This document shows positions 22,844-34,944 of a DNA stretch of 64,000 bases, in pieces. A model generated the notes under the pieces. It had not been told where the DNA came from, made no database searches, and saw only the letters and a list, made by a program, of their open reading frames with translations. Position 1 is the stretch's first letter. Each line of letters opens with the position of its first letter. Location of the stretch: NCBI GenBank assembly GCA_963514005.1, contig OY740801.1, positions 23,560,001 through 23,624,000 on the forward strand, read 5' to 3'. A program made the translations under genes and the position numbers. The DNA is from Raja brachyura (lineage: Eukaryota).

Positions 22844-24526
22844 ATGCCGCCAGTTCAGCATATACCCCAATGGGTATTCACCCTCTCAGTCAAAGAGAAA
22901 CAAGAGGGTCAAGCTGAACTGATGAGACTACTAGCAAAAGGTGTCATTGAAAGAACAAAACATGAACCTTTGGAATTTGTTTCTAATATTTTCACTAAAA
23001 CTAAAAAAGATGGTGGATGTCACATCATCATTGACTTAACTTCTTTAAACAAAACTGTTAAGTATATACATTTCAAGATAGAAACTTTTGAAACAGCCAG
23101 ACAATTGATTTCTAGAGGGTACTTTCTGTCAAGCATTGATTTAAAAGATGCCTACTACTCAGTACCCATACACAAGGAACATCGTAAATACCTAACGTTT
23201 ATCTGGATGAAACAGCTATGGCAATTTAAAGCCTTACCAAATGGGCTAACCTCAGCTCCAAGGTTGTTCACAAAAATCTTAAAACCTTTGGCATTATTGA
23301 GGAAACAAAAGCATATAGTCATGGCATACTTAGACGACATTTTAATAGTAGGGAAAACCTTGGAGACAGCCATTTTGGCAGAAGCAGCCACCAAACGTTT
23401 GTTTGAAACTTTGGGGTTTGTCATACATCCAGATAAATCCAATTTGACACCGTCCACAACCATGGACTATCTTGGATTTACGATTGACACTATTCGCATG
23501 ATTGTAACTCTGCCAAAGGGGAAAGCATCAGAGTTGGCACAATCATGCAACGAACTAATGGTTAATCATCAGCCAACCATACGGCAGGTAGCTAGTGTCA
23601 TTGGGAAAATGGTAGCAGCCTTTCCAGCTGTACAATTTGGGCCTTTGCACTATCAAAATTTACAAAGAGCAAAAGTGCACACACTAAAGAAAAACTCAGG
23701 TCACTTTGACCGAGCTATGAATTTAACTCCTGAATCCATTCCAGAATTACAATGGTGGACAAGGAACGTTAGGCTTAGTTCCAGTCCCATAATAATCACC
23801 AACCCAGTATTAACCATTCAAACGGATGCCAGTGCTTTGGGCTGGTATGCAACTAACATGCAATCCAGCACAGGGGGCAGATGGACTAATTTTAAATCAT
23901 CTTGCCTACAGACACGGGGTATTAACTACTTGGAAATGTTGGATGCGTTTTATGGTTTAAAAGCTTATTCATCTAATACGCATCACGCACATGTCCGGTT
24001 GCAATTAGATAATACGACGGTGGTGGCTTATATCAACCACATGGGTGGTGTAAAGTCGATATCATGTGACAATTTGGTCAACCTAATCTGGCAATGGTGT
24101 GTCGAAAGACATATTTGGTTATCAGCAACTTACCTACCAGGTAAGCAAAATACAGTGGCAGACACCAGGTCACGCAAATTTAACGATAACATCGAATGGA
24201 TGTTAAATCCCAAAGTATTTGCTGAAATTACAAAGCAATATGGCACACCAGATATCGATCTATTTGCATCTCGGCTGAATCACCAGGTACCAACGTATGT
24301 TGCTTGGGAACCAGACCCGGAGGCAGCAGCAGTTGATGCATTCACGCTGCATTGGGGTAAAATGTTCTTCTATGCTTTTCCTCCCTTCTGCCTCATCAGT
24401 TGGGTATTACGCAAGATTCAATTGGATTCCGCTTCAGGAATCTTGATAATACCCGACAGGCGTACAGCCATGGTTCCCAGTGGCCCTCGACATGGCTGTC
24501 GAAACACCATTGGAATTCCCCAGTAG
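22844..24526 (+). pseudogene. DIRS RT-RNase H-methyltransferase-like ORF
   Basis: IDLKDAY, LPNGL, YLDD (RT); TDAS, INYLE, DNTT, ADTRSR (RNase H); DLFASRLN and YAFPPF (MT-like); upstream stops and a terminal frameshift. Confidence 0.9.
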
Positions 24527-24573
24527 TCCAGTATTATTAATCCACCCAGTGTCAGGCATTAGTCACCCGTGCC

Positions 24574-25553
24574 ATGACAGAGTCAATCTCCTGGCTTGCA
24601 AATCTAAAAAGACCTCTACTGGGCCTGGGACTGTCTGAGGACGCCATCAACATGTTGACCGCATCCCACCGGGAGTCCACCAGGAGACAATACCTGACCA
24701 ACATAAGGAAGTGGGAACGGTATTGCTCCAAAACAGGAACTACCTACACAACAGCAACAGCTACCAGTGTTGTGGAGTTCCTCGTTGGATTACAACGGGA
24801 TGGACTCAGCTACAGCGCCATCAATACAGCCAGGAGTGCGTTTACAGCAGGACAACAGGCTTTGGGGTCCCATCCACTGGTGGTCAAACTCATGAGGGGT
24901 ATTTTTAACACTAATTCCCTCAGACTAAGGTACACTCAGATCTGGGATGTCAGCATTGTGCTGACGTACCTTAGGGGATGGCCACCACCCAGGTCACTCA
25001 CGCTGGAACAACTTACCCTGAAATCAGTCATGCTCATGGCACTAGTGTCAGCTCAAAGGGTACAGTTTCTCCACCTTCTGAGGCTGAACAGCATGACAGA
25101 GTCATTGGACTGTATCACATTCCATATTCAGGGTCTGGTCAAACAAACTTGACCAGGAACCACGCCTCCAGTCATTGAGTTCCGGGCATATTCATCTGAC
25201 CCACGGCTGTGTGCCATATACCCTCGCCATATACATAGACACAACATACAACTTAAGAGGGAGAGAAAAAGCCTTATGGATAAGCCACAAGAAGCCCGAT
25301 GGTCAGGTGACGAGCCAAACCATTTCAAGGTGGCTCAAGCAGGTGCTTAAGTCCACGGGAGTCAACACTAATGTTTACAAATCTCACTCCACCATCCACG
25401 TCGGCGGCTAGGCGAATGGACGTGCCTTTGGACCACATTCTGGCCAGAGCAGGATGGTCCTCGGAAAGAACTTTCCAAAGGTTTTATAATAAGCCGCTGG
25501 CAGAACCTGCTACGTTTGCAGACAGAATTTTAGAGTCTGCAGATAATATTTAA
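24574..25553 (+). pseudogene. DIRS tyrosine recombinase, broken
   Basis: STRRQY, SYSAINTARSA, ALVSAQRV, TISRWLK, YKSHST, AGWSSERTFQRFY over three frames. Confidence 0.88.
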
Positions 25554-25749
25554 TTTAAGCCCGGGGTAGCACTCTGTTTTTTGTTGTTATTAATAAACCT
25601 TTTTTGTTCACAAACAGGTTATTGTTGATTGTGATAACATACTTCCTCCCTCAAAGGTCTTCAGACAGTGAGTGAAGCATGAGCTGGTACACGGTTCGGA
25701 ATCACAGAGCTTTGAAGTCTTCATGAAGTCACTCACGTGACTCCGAAAT

Positions 25750-26060
25750 AAAATAGTAAGATTAAATGAAAACTTACCAGTTCGAAGCTTGATCTGTATT
25801 TTATGAGGAGTTACGATGAGGGACTACGTGCCCTCCGCTCCCACCCTCTATTATACAGATCAACTGGTAATTAAGTTCTTATTTTTTCTTTACTATATTT
25901 ATTTCAACCGTTGTGTTTTTTCTGTGAATCCACACCTCTGCTTTGAAGAATGTCGCGCATGCGTGCTGGACGGGGTCTTCACGTAGTCTCTCATCGTAAC
26001 TCATCATAAAATACAGATCAAACTTCGAACTGGTAAATTCTCATTTAATCTTACTATTTT
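25750..26060. repeat. 81-bp inverted repeat pair (25750-25830 / 25980-26060): DIRS ICR and right terminus
   Basis: AAAATAGTAAGATTAAATGA...GACTACGTG versus CACGTAGTC...TCATTTAATCTTACTATTTT. Confidence 0.9.
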
Positions 26061-29000
26061 AGGTTAATCCCACTTCTCAGTTCCTGGTCAATAACCCCGC
26101 AGTTCAAGACATTTCAAGTACGTACTCAAAGCACTTTCAAAATGATCCAACCACCCGTTTAGACAATGCTTTTCCAACCCTCACCACTCATTGAAGGATT
26201 TTTATTTCCCAGCTCCACTCAAATAGCTTTGCCAATTAACATAAACCTATGCTGCCTCCTTACTGAACTGATTACACTAATTTAGAATCTCATAATTTTA
26301 TACACCTCAATTAAGTTTATCACAGTTTTCCTTTTTCGGAGAAGAAAGGGTTCTGCAGTCATTGTAATTAACATTGTGAAGTGCTTGAAGGTTATCAGGA
26401 GGAAAATCAACAGCTAAAGCTTCTATCTACTTGTGTTCACCTCAGCACTCAGATCTTCCAAGGCCAGCTTTATCAGTCTGATGGGTTACTGTTGACGCTG
26501 AAACTGTTGGATTGCTGGGGTGTTGTTTTGTCTCGAAAGATAAAATGAGGGCAAGGGATATGGATCATTATATAATTTTGCCATTATGGAAATTGATGCC
26601 TGAAGAACATTATATGGGGTGGTTGCCGCTGAAATTACAGAGCTTGAATGAAAGGTCAGGCACAAATATAAGATCACATAACTGGAAATAACCCATTCTG
26701 TATAATGACATAGTTTTATTGAGATTCTTTTAAGAAGTGAAAAAGCAGAATGCAATAAAGGCACTGAGTGTGCAGTGACTGAGAGCCCATTTTACTGATT
26801 CTGACTATTTTTGTTTATTAATATGACTACGTGTGCCAGGAAGCAATGACAGCTTTGGCAACCTCCCTTTGTGGCACACACAGGTGCAGAGATTGATGCC
26901 TGAGACCTTACACACAATCAAGTTGCTGAGTGGAGTGTCAAAGTAATCACAGTGCATTAACTCACTATTTGAGTAATGATTGTGATTCCTGCCATTGGGA
27001 ATAAAGATGTCCTTTCAGATTAGTGTATGTGAAATGCACAAATACAGGGTGGGAAGCAATTGAGCGTAGGACATCAATTGTGCACTCAAAATGAGTTCAT
27101 TTATAGCCTTTTAACACAGCTGATGCTAATTCCCATTTGATGTGATAATCGTAGGTGACTTTAGCTCAATAAATTTATTGTTAATTAGAATTGGCTGCCA
27201 GCCAGGTTTTTCCTTCAGCATCACTCACATCCCTATTTGCCTCACTTTTCTTCCCAATAAATAGAGGCTACGCCCTCTCTGATTCCTAACTATGACAGAC
27301 TGCATTGATTAAAAAACAGAAATAATTGGTTTAACCCTGCAAGTCCCTCAATAGAAAGATATTCAGTTGATAGTTTTGTGTGGTACTCAGCTATCCATTT
27401 TTTTGTCTGATTCTTCATTTTATATGATCCATGGTACATTGTCGGAATTCCAATATTTGTGATCTTTCTTGTTGGGTTTTCTCGCTCTCAGCTTTAGATT
27501 GCTCTTCTGAAGGTTGCATTTGGAATGGAGACAGAAGAAACTCCATTAACCATGTCTCAGCCCAGTTGCCCAACTGATCAAGATCCCGCTGTCATTTTTC
27601 TAATCATCTTTGCTATCTATGATACCACCTTACAGGAAACCTTTCTTGAGGCACTAGCACATTCACCACAGAAAGCACAAGTGCTCCTTGGAGACAAATA
27701 CGGAAACAGTCAGTTCATATCTCTCAACTAAATCCATCGAATTTCAGACATCAGTGATTAGAATTTATCTCAAGGAACCGCCGGATGGCTTTCTCCCCAT
27801 TTTTGTGCAGTTGTTCCTCGTGCTACCTTTCCTGGTACCTACATTTCCCTCAATGCCAACAAATTGCCACCACTGCTGAATGTAGACCATAACAGCCTAA
27901 CGACCAGAAACATTGGCTTTCATCAAACAGGGCTTTGTGCACCAGGAGTTATAACTCACATTGCAGAAGCAAGGTTCATATTGATGGAACAAACTCATTA
28001 CATTTATTTTATTTATTATATTCAAGGACTTAATGTTAAATTCAATTTTCTCTGCTGGGATGGAACCTTGGCTGTGCCAATAAATATACACATCTTTCTT
28101 CTTAAGATCTTTAGAGTGAAGAAGTCCGTTTTTTTGTGAAGGCAGCTTTAATTGTACTTGCCAGCGTTCTTCCATGCAGCAGCTGGACAATATTTTGAGG
28201 CAATAAAAGGGAGGTGAGGACTTTGAGAGGCATTAGGCTAAAGGTATATTAGGCTGGTAACGAGCCACCAGATGATAACTTCAGCTAAATACACTGAACA
28301 TGAAAATTAAATCATCCATTAATATTAGAACAGATAAATAATGTTCAGGGAGCAAGTTAAACAGGATGTCAGTATTGACGGTAAAATATTTGAAAATAAA
28401 TGGTGGCTCAAGCTGACCCACACCTGACATCAGTAAGACGTTAAGTGAAGTATGTTCCAAATGCCAGGCTGGATGGACACATGTATATTAATAACCTTGT
28501 AAGGAACAGCCAATATGACAGTCAAGCACTGAGTTTATTCAAAGCAGAAATAAATAAACTCTGAATATTAAAGGAATCAAAGAATATGTGAAGGAAAATG
28601 GTGAAGGAAAATGGTGTTTGAGGTAGAAGATCAGCCATGATCTCATTGAATGGCCGAGTATGTTCAAGAGACTAAATTGCCTCCTCCAGGTCCTATTTTT
28701 CATGCAATATGTAATTAGTCGCTACAGTCTAACACATTTTAACATCCTTAACTCCATGGACCTCCCAATGAGATAGTTTTTTTTCATCTCAATGCCAAAG
28801 TTGTGAAGTAAAAGCAGGCTGAAAGTCACAGGAATCTAGAATAGAACTTAATAAAATAGGTTAAAAATAGAAAACAGATACTACTGTTGAAAGGTATAAT
28901 GTCAGCGCTGGGACAGGTGTTGAACAGAGTTCTGCATGAGATTAGCAGTGGGATCCATGTTATTTTTAACCTCCATATACAAACTTGGTTCTTAAACAGG

Positions 29001-29359
29001 TTTGTTGACAGTACGAAAACAAGAAACAGAAAAGGAGGAAGCAACAAAAGATTGTAAAAAAAAGGCTGCTTGTTCCTTTAGTTGAACATACAACGTATGA
29101 AATTTAACAGAGAATTGCTAAACGTTTTCTGTAGTTAACAATATGCTTCATAAGTATACAGTGAACGGAACTGAATTAAAGATGCAAGTCAGAAGCATCC
29201 AGGGTTATTTGTAGTCTAAAGAAGACACAAAATGCTGGTGTAATTCCGTGGGTCAGGCAGCAACTCTGGAGAACATGGAAAGACAATATTTCAGGACGTC
29301 CTGCCCCAAAACATTACCTACACATGCTCTGTAGAGATCATGGTAAAGTTTTTCCAGTT

Positions 29360-30250
29360 TCTTAGCTAATATTCCCTAATCCAGGCACCATTATGGTAAA
29401 CCTCTCCTGTACCCTCTCCAAACTGTCCTTGTCCTTCCTGTAATGGGGTGACCAGAACTGCACGCAGATACTCCAGTGATATAACCAAAGTCTTATTTGG
29501 TGGATTATGACTTCCTGACTCTTATACTCAATCCCCTGACTAATGAAGGTAAGCAGACTGCATGCCTCCTTTACCACTCAACACGCTTGTGTTGCCATTT
29601 TCAGGGAACTGTGGACTTGGACCCCAAAATCCCTTTATACATAAATGCTGTTAAGGGTCTTGTCATTAACTGTATACTTTCTCCTTACATTTGACCTCCC
29701 AAAGTGCAATACCTCGCACTTGCTTGGATTAAATTCCATCTGCCATTTCTCCTTTCATTTCTATATCTAATCTATATCCCACTGTATAGCAGGACCTGAT
29801 CATGTGTAACCTAGGACCTTGTAGGAAGCCAGAGAAGAAATTGCAGTGGCCACCAACCAACATATTTGTATCTTCTTAGTAGCAATGGGTGAGGTGCTGG
29901 AAGACTGGAGGATGACTAATGTTGTGCCTCTATGGAGAAAAAACTTATAACTACATAACGGTGAGCCTTACATCAGTGGTGGGAAACTGTCCAGAGCGGA
30001 TTCTGAGAGATAGGATCTACATGCATTTGGAAAGACCAGGACTGATTTGAGATAGGTAGCTTGCGCATGGGAAATCGTCTCACCAATTTGCTGAGATTAT
30101 TTGAAGAGATGATCAAGAAGATTGATGAATGGATTTCATCAAAGCATTTGACAAGGTTCTACATGGTAGCCTAGGGTAGAATCACATGAGATCCAGGGTG
30201 AGCTCACCAATAGGATACAAAATTGGCCAGAAGGTGGGAAACAGAGATCT
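29360..30250. mobile_element. Old CR1 fragments in opposite orientations (- to ~29790, + thereafter)
   Basis: FISQGIEYKS..CVQFWSPHYRKD on the minus strand; degenerate RT N-terminal CR1 motifs on the plus strand. Confidence 0.7.
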
Positions 30251-30869
30251 CAGAAATCTATGGGGAGTTTAAATTTCCTGTCTGTCCTAGAAGTAGAAAA
30301 CATGATAATTCTCAATGACTGTAGGTGATGAACTATGAAGAAACTTTATATTACCTTTTCTCCAGTAATATTATATTTTGAGTTGATGTTGGATCTCTGC
30401 AGCCTCTTGCACTTATACCTGTCACTATTTCCATTTTAGTTGCACCAGCGCCCATTTCTTACATTTGGGCTTCATCCCCTCTGCTAAGAAGCTTTGCATG
30501 AAGCAGTCTTGGTGTGAATGAATACCTGCCGGGTCTTACTCCTGGAGAGGAGCACTAAATTGGAAGAAAAACACAGTGAAAAGCACAGATGACAAGCTGT
30601 CAGAGACCAACCTGTCTGTGATAGATGCAATAATTGTGCTTCATTGATTGCTGGATCTGTGGGTGAGGGACTGTGGATTGAGGTGAAAAAGCCACTCTGC
30701 TGAAAACCAATTGACTCAATCAAGGCAGAGCGTTTCGTTTTCCTAAGTACTGATTCCAGTTTTGAAGAATATTCATCTGCTCGCTCTAAAAAACAGGTGA
30801 CCTATTTACAGTAACATACTGCAAATCCAACAAGAAATTCATATCACCTTTAAACATCCGTTGATGATT

Positions 30870-32420
30870 TCTTCTAGACTTCTTGACCGGCAGACTTCGG
30901 TCATTTAGAATTGATCAGAACATTTTCTCCATCTTGATCTTCAATGCTGGCGCCCCTCAGGGTTGTATGTTCGGTCCCTTGCTGTCTCCCTGTACACCTG
31001 TGACTGTGTGGCCAAGTACAATGTCAACTCGAATTTTAAGACAGCCGTGTACAGGAGAGTGATCAAGAACTTTGTGTCATTGTGTCGGGACGTCAACATA
31101 GCCATTATTGTCAGCAAGATGAACGTTTGGTTGTTCACCCAAGGAGCCAAGGGAGTGAATACAACCTTGTCACATTAACAGAGGTGTTGCATGACGGTGG
31201 ATATCTTCAAGTTCATGGGCATCCAGATCACCAGCAACCTAACATGATCCCTTCACACAAGTGAAGATCAAGAAATCGCATCAGTTCATTTACTTTCTTA
31301 GGTTTCTGAAAAGATTCAGGATATAAACCATAGCCCAGTACAGCAAGGGAACAGGCCCTTCGGTCCACAACGTTTGTGCCAAACATGATGACTAGTTAAA
31401 TTGATCTCATCTGCCTGTGCATGATCCATATCGCTCTATCCCCAACACTTCCACGTGTTGGGAACTGAAGTGCCCATTCCAAAAGCCTCTAAAACACCAC
31501 TATCATATCTCTCCACCACCATCCCCGGCAATGTGTTCCAAGCCCAATCTCTGTGAAAAAAACATGCCCAGCACTCCTCCATTAAACTTTCCCCCTCTCA
31601 CTTTATAATGGCTTCTAGTGTTGGACATTCCTGCCCTGAGAAAAAGGTTCTGACTGTCTATCCTATTTATGCCTCTCATAATTTTCTATACTTCTATTTA
31701 GGCTCCCATCAACCTCTGACATTCCTGAGAAAATAATCCAAGTCTATCCAAACACAATAGGCTAAAACCCTCTAATTCATGCAGCATTCAGGTAAACCTC
31801 CTCAGCACCCTGATATCTATGAGTATTCTCTCCAACCTCTGCAGATGTGCTATAGAAAGTATTCTAACAGGATGCATCTCAGCCTGGTATGGTAACGGCT
31901 CTGCTCTTGACAGCCTGAACTTGCAGAGAATGATTGACGCAGCCTAGTGCACCTCAGGTTCTTCACTTCCTTCCTTCCAGTCCATCTTCCCGGTGCATTG
32001 CATCAGAAAGGCTGGAATTTTCATTAACGATACGTGCTACCCTAGCCGTTCCCTTTTCTTTTCTCTATTTTCTGGGAGAAGATACATAATCTTGAAAGCT
32101 TGGACATCCAGACTTAAGAACAGTTTCTTCCCCATTGCTATTTGACTCTTGAACCTATCACCTGTTTCGCACCCCCTACCGAGAAGTGGTGGCGCATACT
32201 CCTAATCTTAACTATATTATTGGTTAATCTGTTACTGTGCTTTAATATTCTTTTGCACTACTCTTGTTTTTACACTACAATTATGAACTGTTCTGGTGTT
32301 CTACAATCGTCATATTGTGTTTTTTATTACTGCATTTATACTCTTTAATGGTTTCACGTGAACAAGGAATTTTGTTGCACTCTAGTGTATATGATAAGAA
32401 ACTAATCTGATCTGATCTTC
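30870..32420 (+). mobile_element. Old Rex1-like LINE remnant interrupted by a minus-strand CR1 3' fragment (~31325-31810)
   Basis: GGCGCCCCTCAGGGTTGT..CTGTACACCTGTGACTGTGTGGCC (GAPQGC..LYT.DC) and AAGAACAGTTTCTTCCC; tail (ATCTG)n near 32405. Confidence 0.65.
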
Positions 32421-33484
32421 GTATCAGATCTCATCTTTGACTGTACATCTGTGACTTTGAATAAAAACTCTAACATACAGTGGCAGCTTTACCAAGTGTA
32501 GAAGAAAAAAATAAATCTCCAGATACTTAATTATGGTTGGAATTCAATAAGGTAACGAAAAGGTGTGGGTGGATGTGGCAATTGGCATCTAGTTGACCAG
32601 CTGCAGAGATGATCATGAGAATCATGCAAAACAAGTTTCAGACATGTTTATCTCCCAGAATGTGTTTATTGTCTGAGAATGCGTAGCGTTGGTGAACAAA
32701 ACACAACAGCAATAGTTGGGTAGACCACCTGCGCCCCTGCAGAAACATTGCAGACCATGGGGGCTTATGATTGGCTCGGGGAGGGGACAGCAGCGCGTTC
32801 TGCTTGCAAGATGAAACAGAATAATGTCATGATGTCCTTGTATTACGTTTGACTTGTATTAACCATCCCTTGTTGAATAAGATTAACATAAACAAAAAGT
32901 ATATTATGACTAATGAAATAATTAATGCCCACGTAGTAGATAGTAATAACAGGAAAACATATAGCCAAGGACGAAGTATATTTTCGTATAATTATATCTA
33001 ACAGAAAAAAAAAGTTACAGCACTGTATAACTGCCGGCTAATTCTGCTGCAAAGACAGAGAACTGGTGAACAGTTAACTGCCGCCATCTCTCCATGATAT
33101 CATGCAATAAGGCCTCTTCAAGCCTCTTGAAGCAAAACTCAAAGTCTCAATTTTTCCTTTAATTTTCCTCTGTCAATTTCCTTGATACCAATGGCCTGGG
33201 ACATCAGTATTGTTGCTCTCTGGTGCCTTTCACATGCAGCCTGGAGACACTATTGAGCATTCTTTAAATTGCATGCTGATATTGTCACAGACATTTATTG
33301 AATCTTAACCTGAGCTATTTGAAATTGCTCACCCATTGGAAACTGCTCTATAGTGCTCTCACAGTCAGGCTCTTTTGTGCTTTGCCCTGGCTCAAATTCC
33401 CATGTAATAGTCTGTTTTGAGTGGCTAATATTAAGATGATACATAATGATTAGGTAAAACAGTAGTGGACGAGTACAGAACTTT

Positions 33485-33579
33485 GGGTACACAAAATGCT
33501 GGAGAAACTCAGCGGGTGCAGCAGCATCTATGGAGCTAAGGAGATAGGTAACATTTCGGGCCGAAACCCTTCTTCAGAC
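33485..33579 (-). mobile_element. Penelope-related mini-element with hammerhead-like core, TSD-flanked
   Basis: Minus strand begins GTCTGAAGAAGGGTTTCGGCCCGAAATGTTAC; AGTACAGAAC direct repeats at 33472-33481 and 33580-33589. Confidence 0.65.
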
Positions 33580-34944
33580 AGTACAGAACCTTGTTTTATT
33601 CAATTTGGAATTTAAATATGTCAGAAAAGGACATTGTGCCTTGGAGAAATTATGTTGTTATCCCTTTGTAGAAACAAAGAACTGCAGATGCTGGTTTACA
33701 AAAAGGTCACATAGTGCTGGAGTAACTCAGCAGGTCAGGCAGCATCACTGTAGTACATGGATTTGTGACATTTGGGTCAGGCCTCTTCTTCAGACTGATA
33801 ACCCTCTGTTGGATACTGAGGGTGTAGTTCATATTGTTAGTAGTACCTTTTTGTGCCTTCTCTTTTCTGACACCCACCCCACATTTTCATTTTCACATCC
33901 CTCTGATCCATTTACTTCCCTCCTCCACTCATTTTATTTTCCCATCTAGATCTTTCATTTCCCTCTCCCTGTGTCGCTCTCCATTCTTTATTCCTTTTCT
34001 CCTTCCGCTAATCTGCTCAGTTGTCAGGGATGCATTTTGCAAACCAAGGACTCTTCTGTTTATCTAGGACTGTCCCTGAGAGACAGTGATGTGTGGCCAC
34101 AGTTCAATAGGGATGCAAATGAACATAACTGGAACAGTATCAAATTCTTGCATTGAATATGATTTAAAAGCACCTGGGTTGTGTCTTGGAATGTTTACAG
34201 CGATTTTCTTAAAGCCATGTTGTACCTACGCCATATTCTAGGGCCTTTTATTGAGAAATGTATGTTTAACTATGACAGGGGCTGGAATATCACGAGGTGA
34301 GATCAGAATACGTAGGTTCCAGAGAGCAGGCATGCATAGTTTGCATCAAGGTGTCGTTTGCAGTGAGGTGGTGTGCACATTTCTCCTTGTCGGTCCACCT
34401 TCAGTAGAGGTGAAAAGGCCGGTGAACATATTTATTTCTGATGTTAATAGGATTTTTATTTCAGGTTGCCAGTGTCCGATGCAGTGCCCACAGGGATGGC
34501 AGAAGTGTGGGCAGTGCAGGTTTCACTGCGACACATAGACAGTGACAAACTACCTCGAGAAGCCACAAAGCTGCGGAGAAATGCAGCCCAAAAGAAACAG
34601 CAGGGAGCTGGCACAGGAACAGTAACTGCTCTTTCCAGTAGTAATCTCCTCATAAATAATTATAAGGTATGCTGATTATGAGCTGCGATTCCACGGGACA
34701 GGTGGGAGAGTAAAAACCTTTACCCACTCACACTCAAACACACCGCACTAATACGTCTTCAATTAAGCATGTTTGAAACTGGTATAATCTTTAATGAGCT
34801 GTTCGTTTGACAAGAATAAATTGAATGAGTGCATTGTTTATCAGGAAGTCTTGGAAGCAGTATGCATGTGTGAGCCATGTGTCCAAGTTTCTGCTTGTTG
34901 TGTGCTCCTTCCAAGACCGCAAGAAATTGCAGAGTTGTCGACAT

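Larger units (their letters stand above)
21260..26060 (+). mobile_element. DIRS1-type tyrosine-recombinase retrotransposon, decayed, left terminus apparently missing
   Basis: gag-like, RT/RNaseH/MT and YR ORFs in DIRS order, plus a 3' ICR/terminal inverted repeat; start coordinate approximate. Confidence 0.9.

Noticed and set aside
24574-25553. Phage integrase or bacterial contamination
   Set aside because: The recombinase is embedded in canonical DIRS architecture amid vertebrate repeats.
26100-29200. Short ORFs in AT-rich unique DNA
   Set aside because: No motifs and no consistent splice structure; treated as non-coding.
30526-30554. Minus-strand micro-exon after a polypyrimidine tract
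   Set aside because: 29 nt (not frame-preserving), weak donor GTATTC, and no supporting neighbouring exons.
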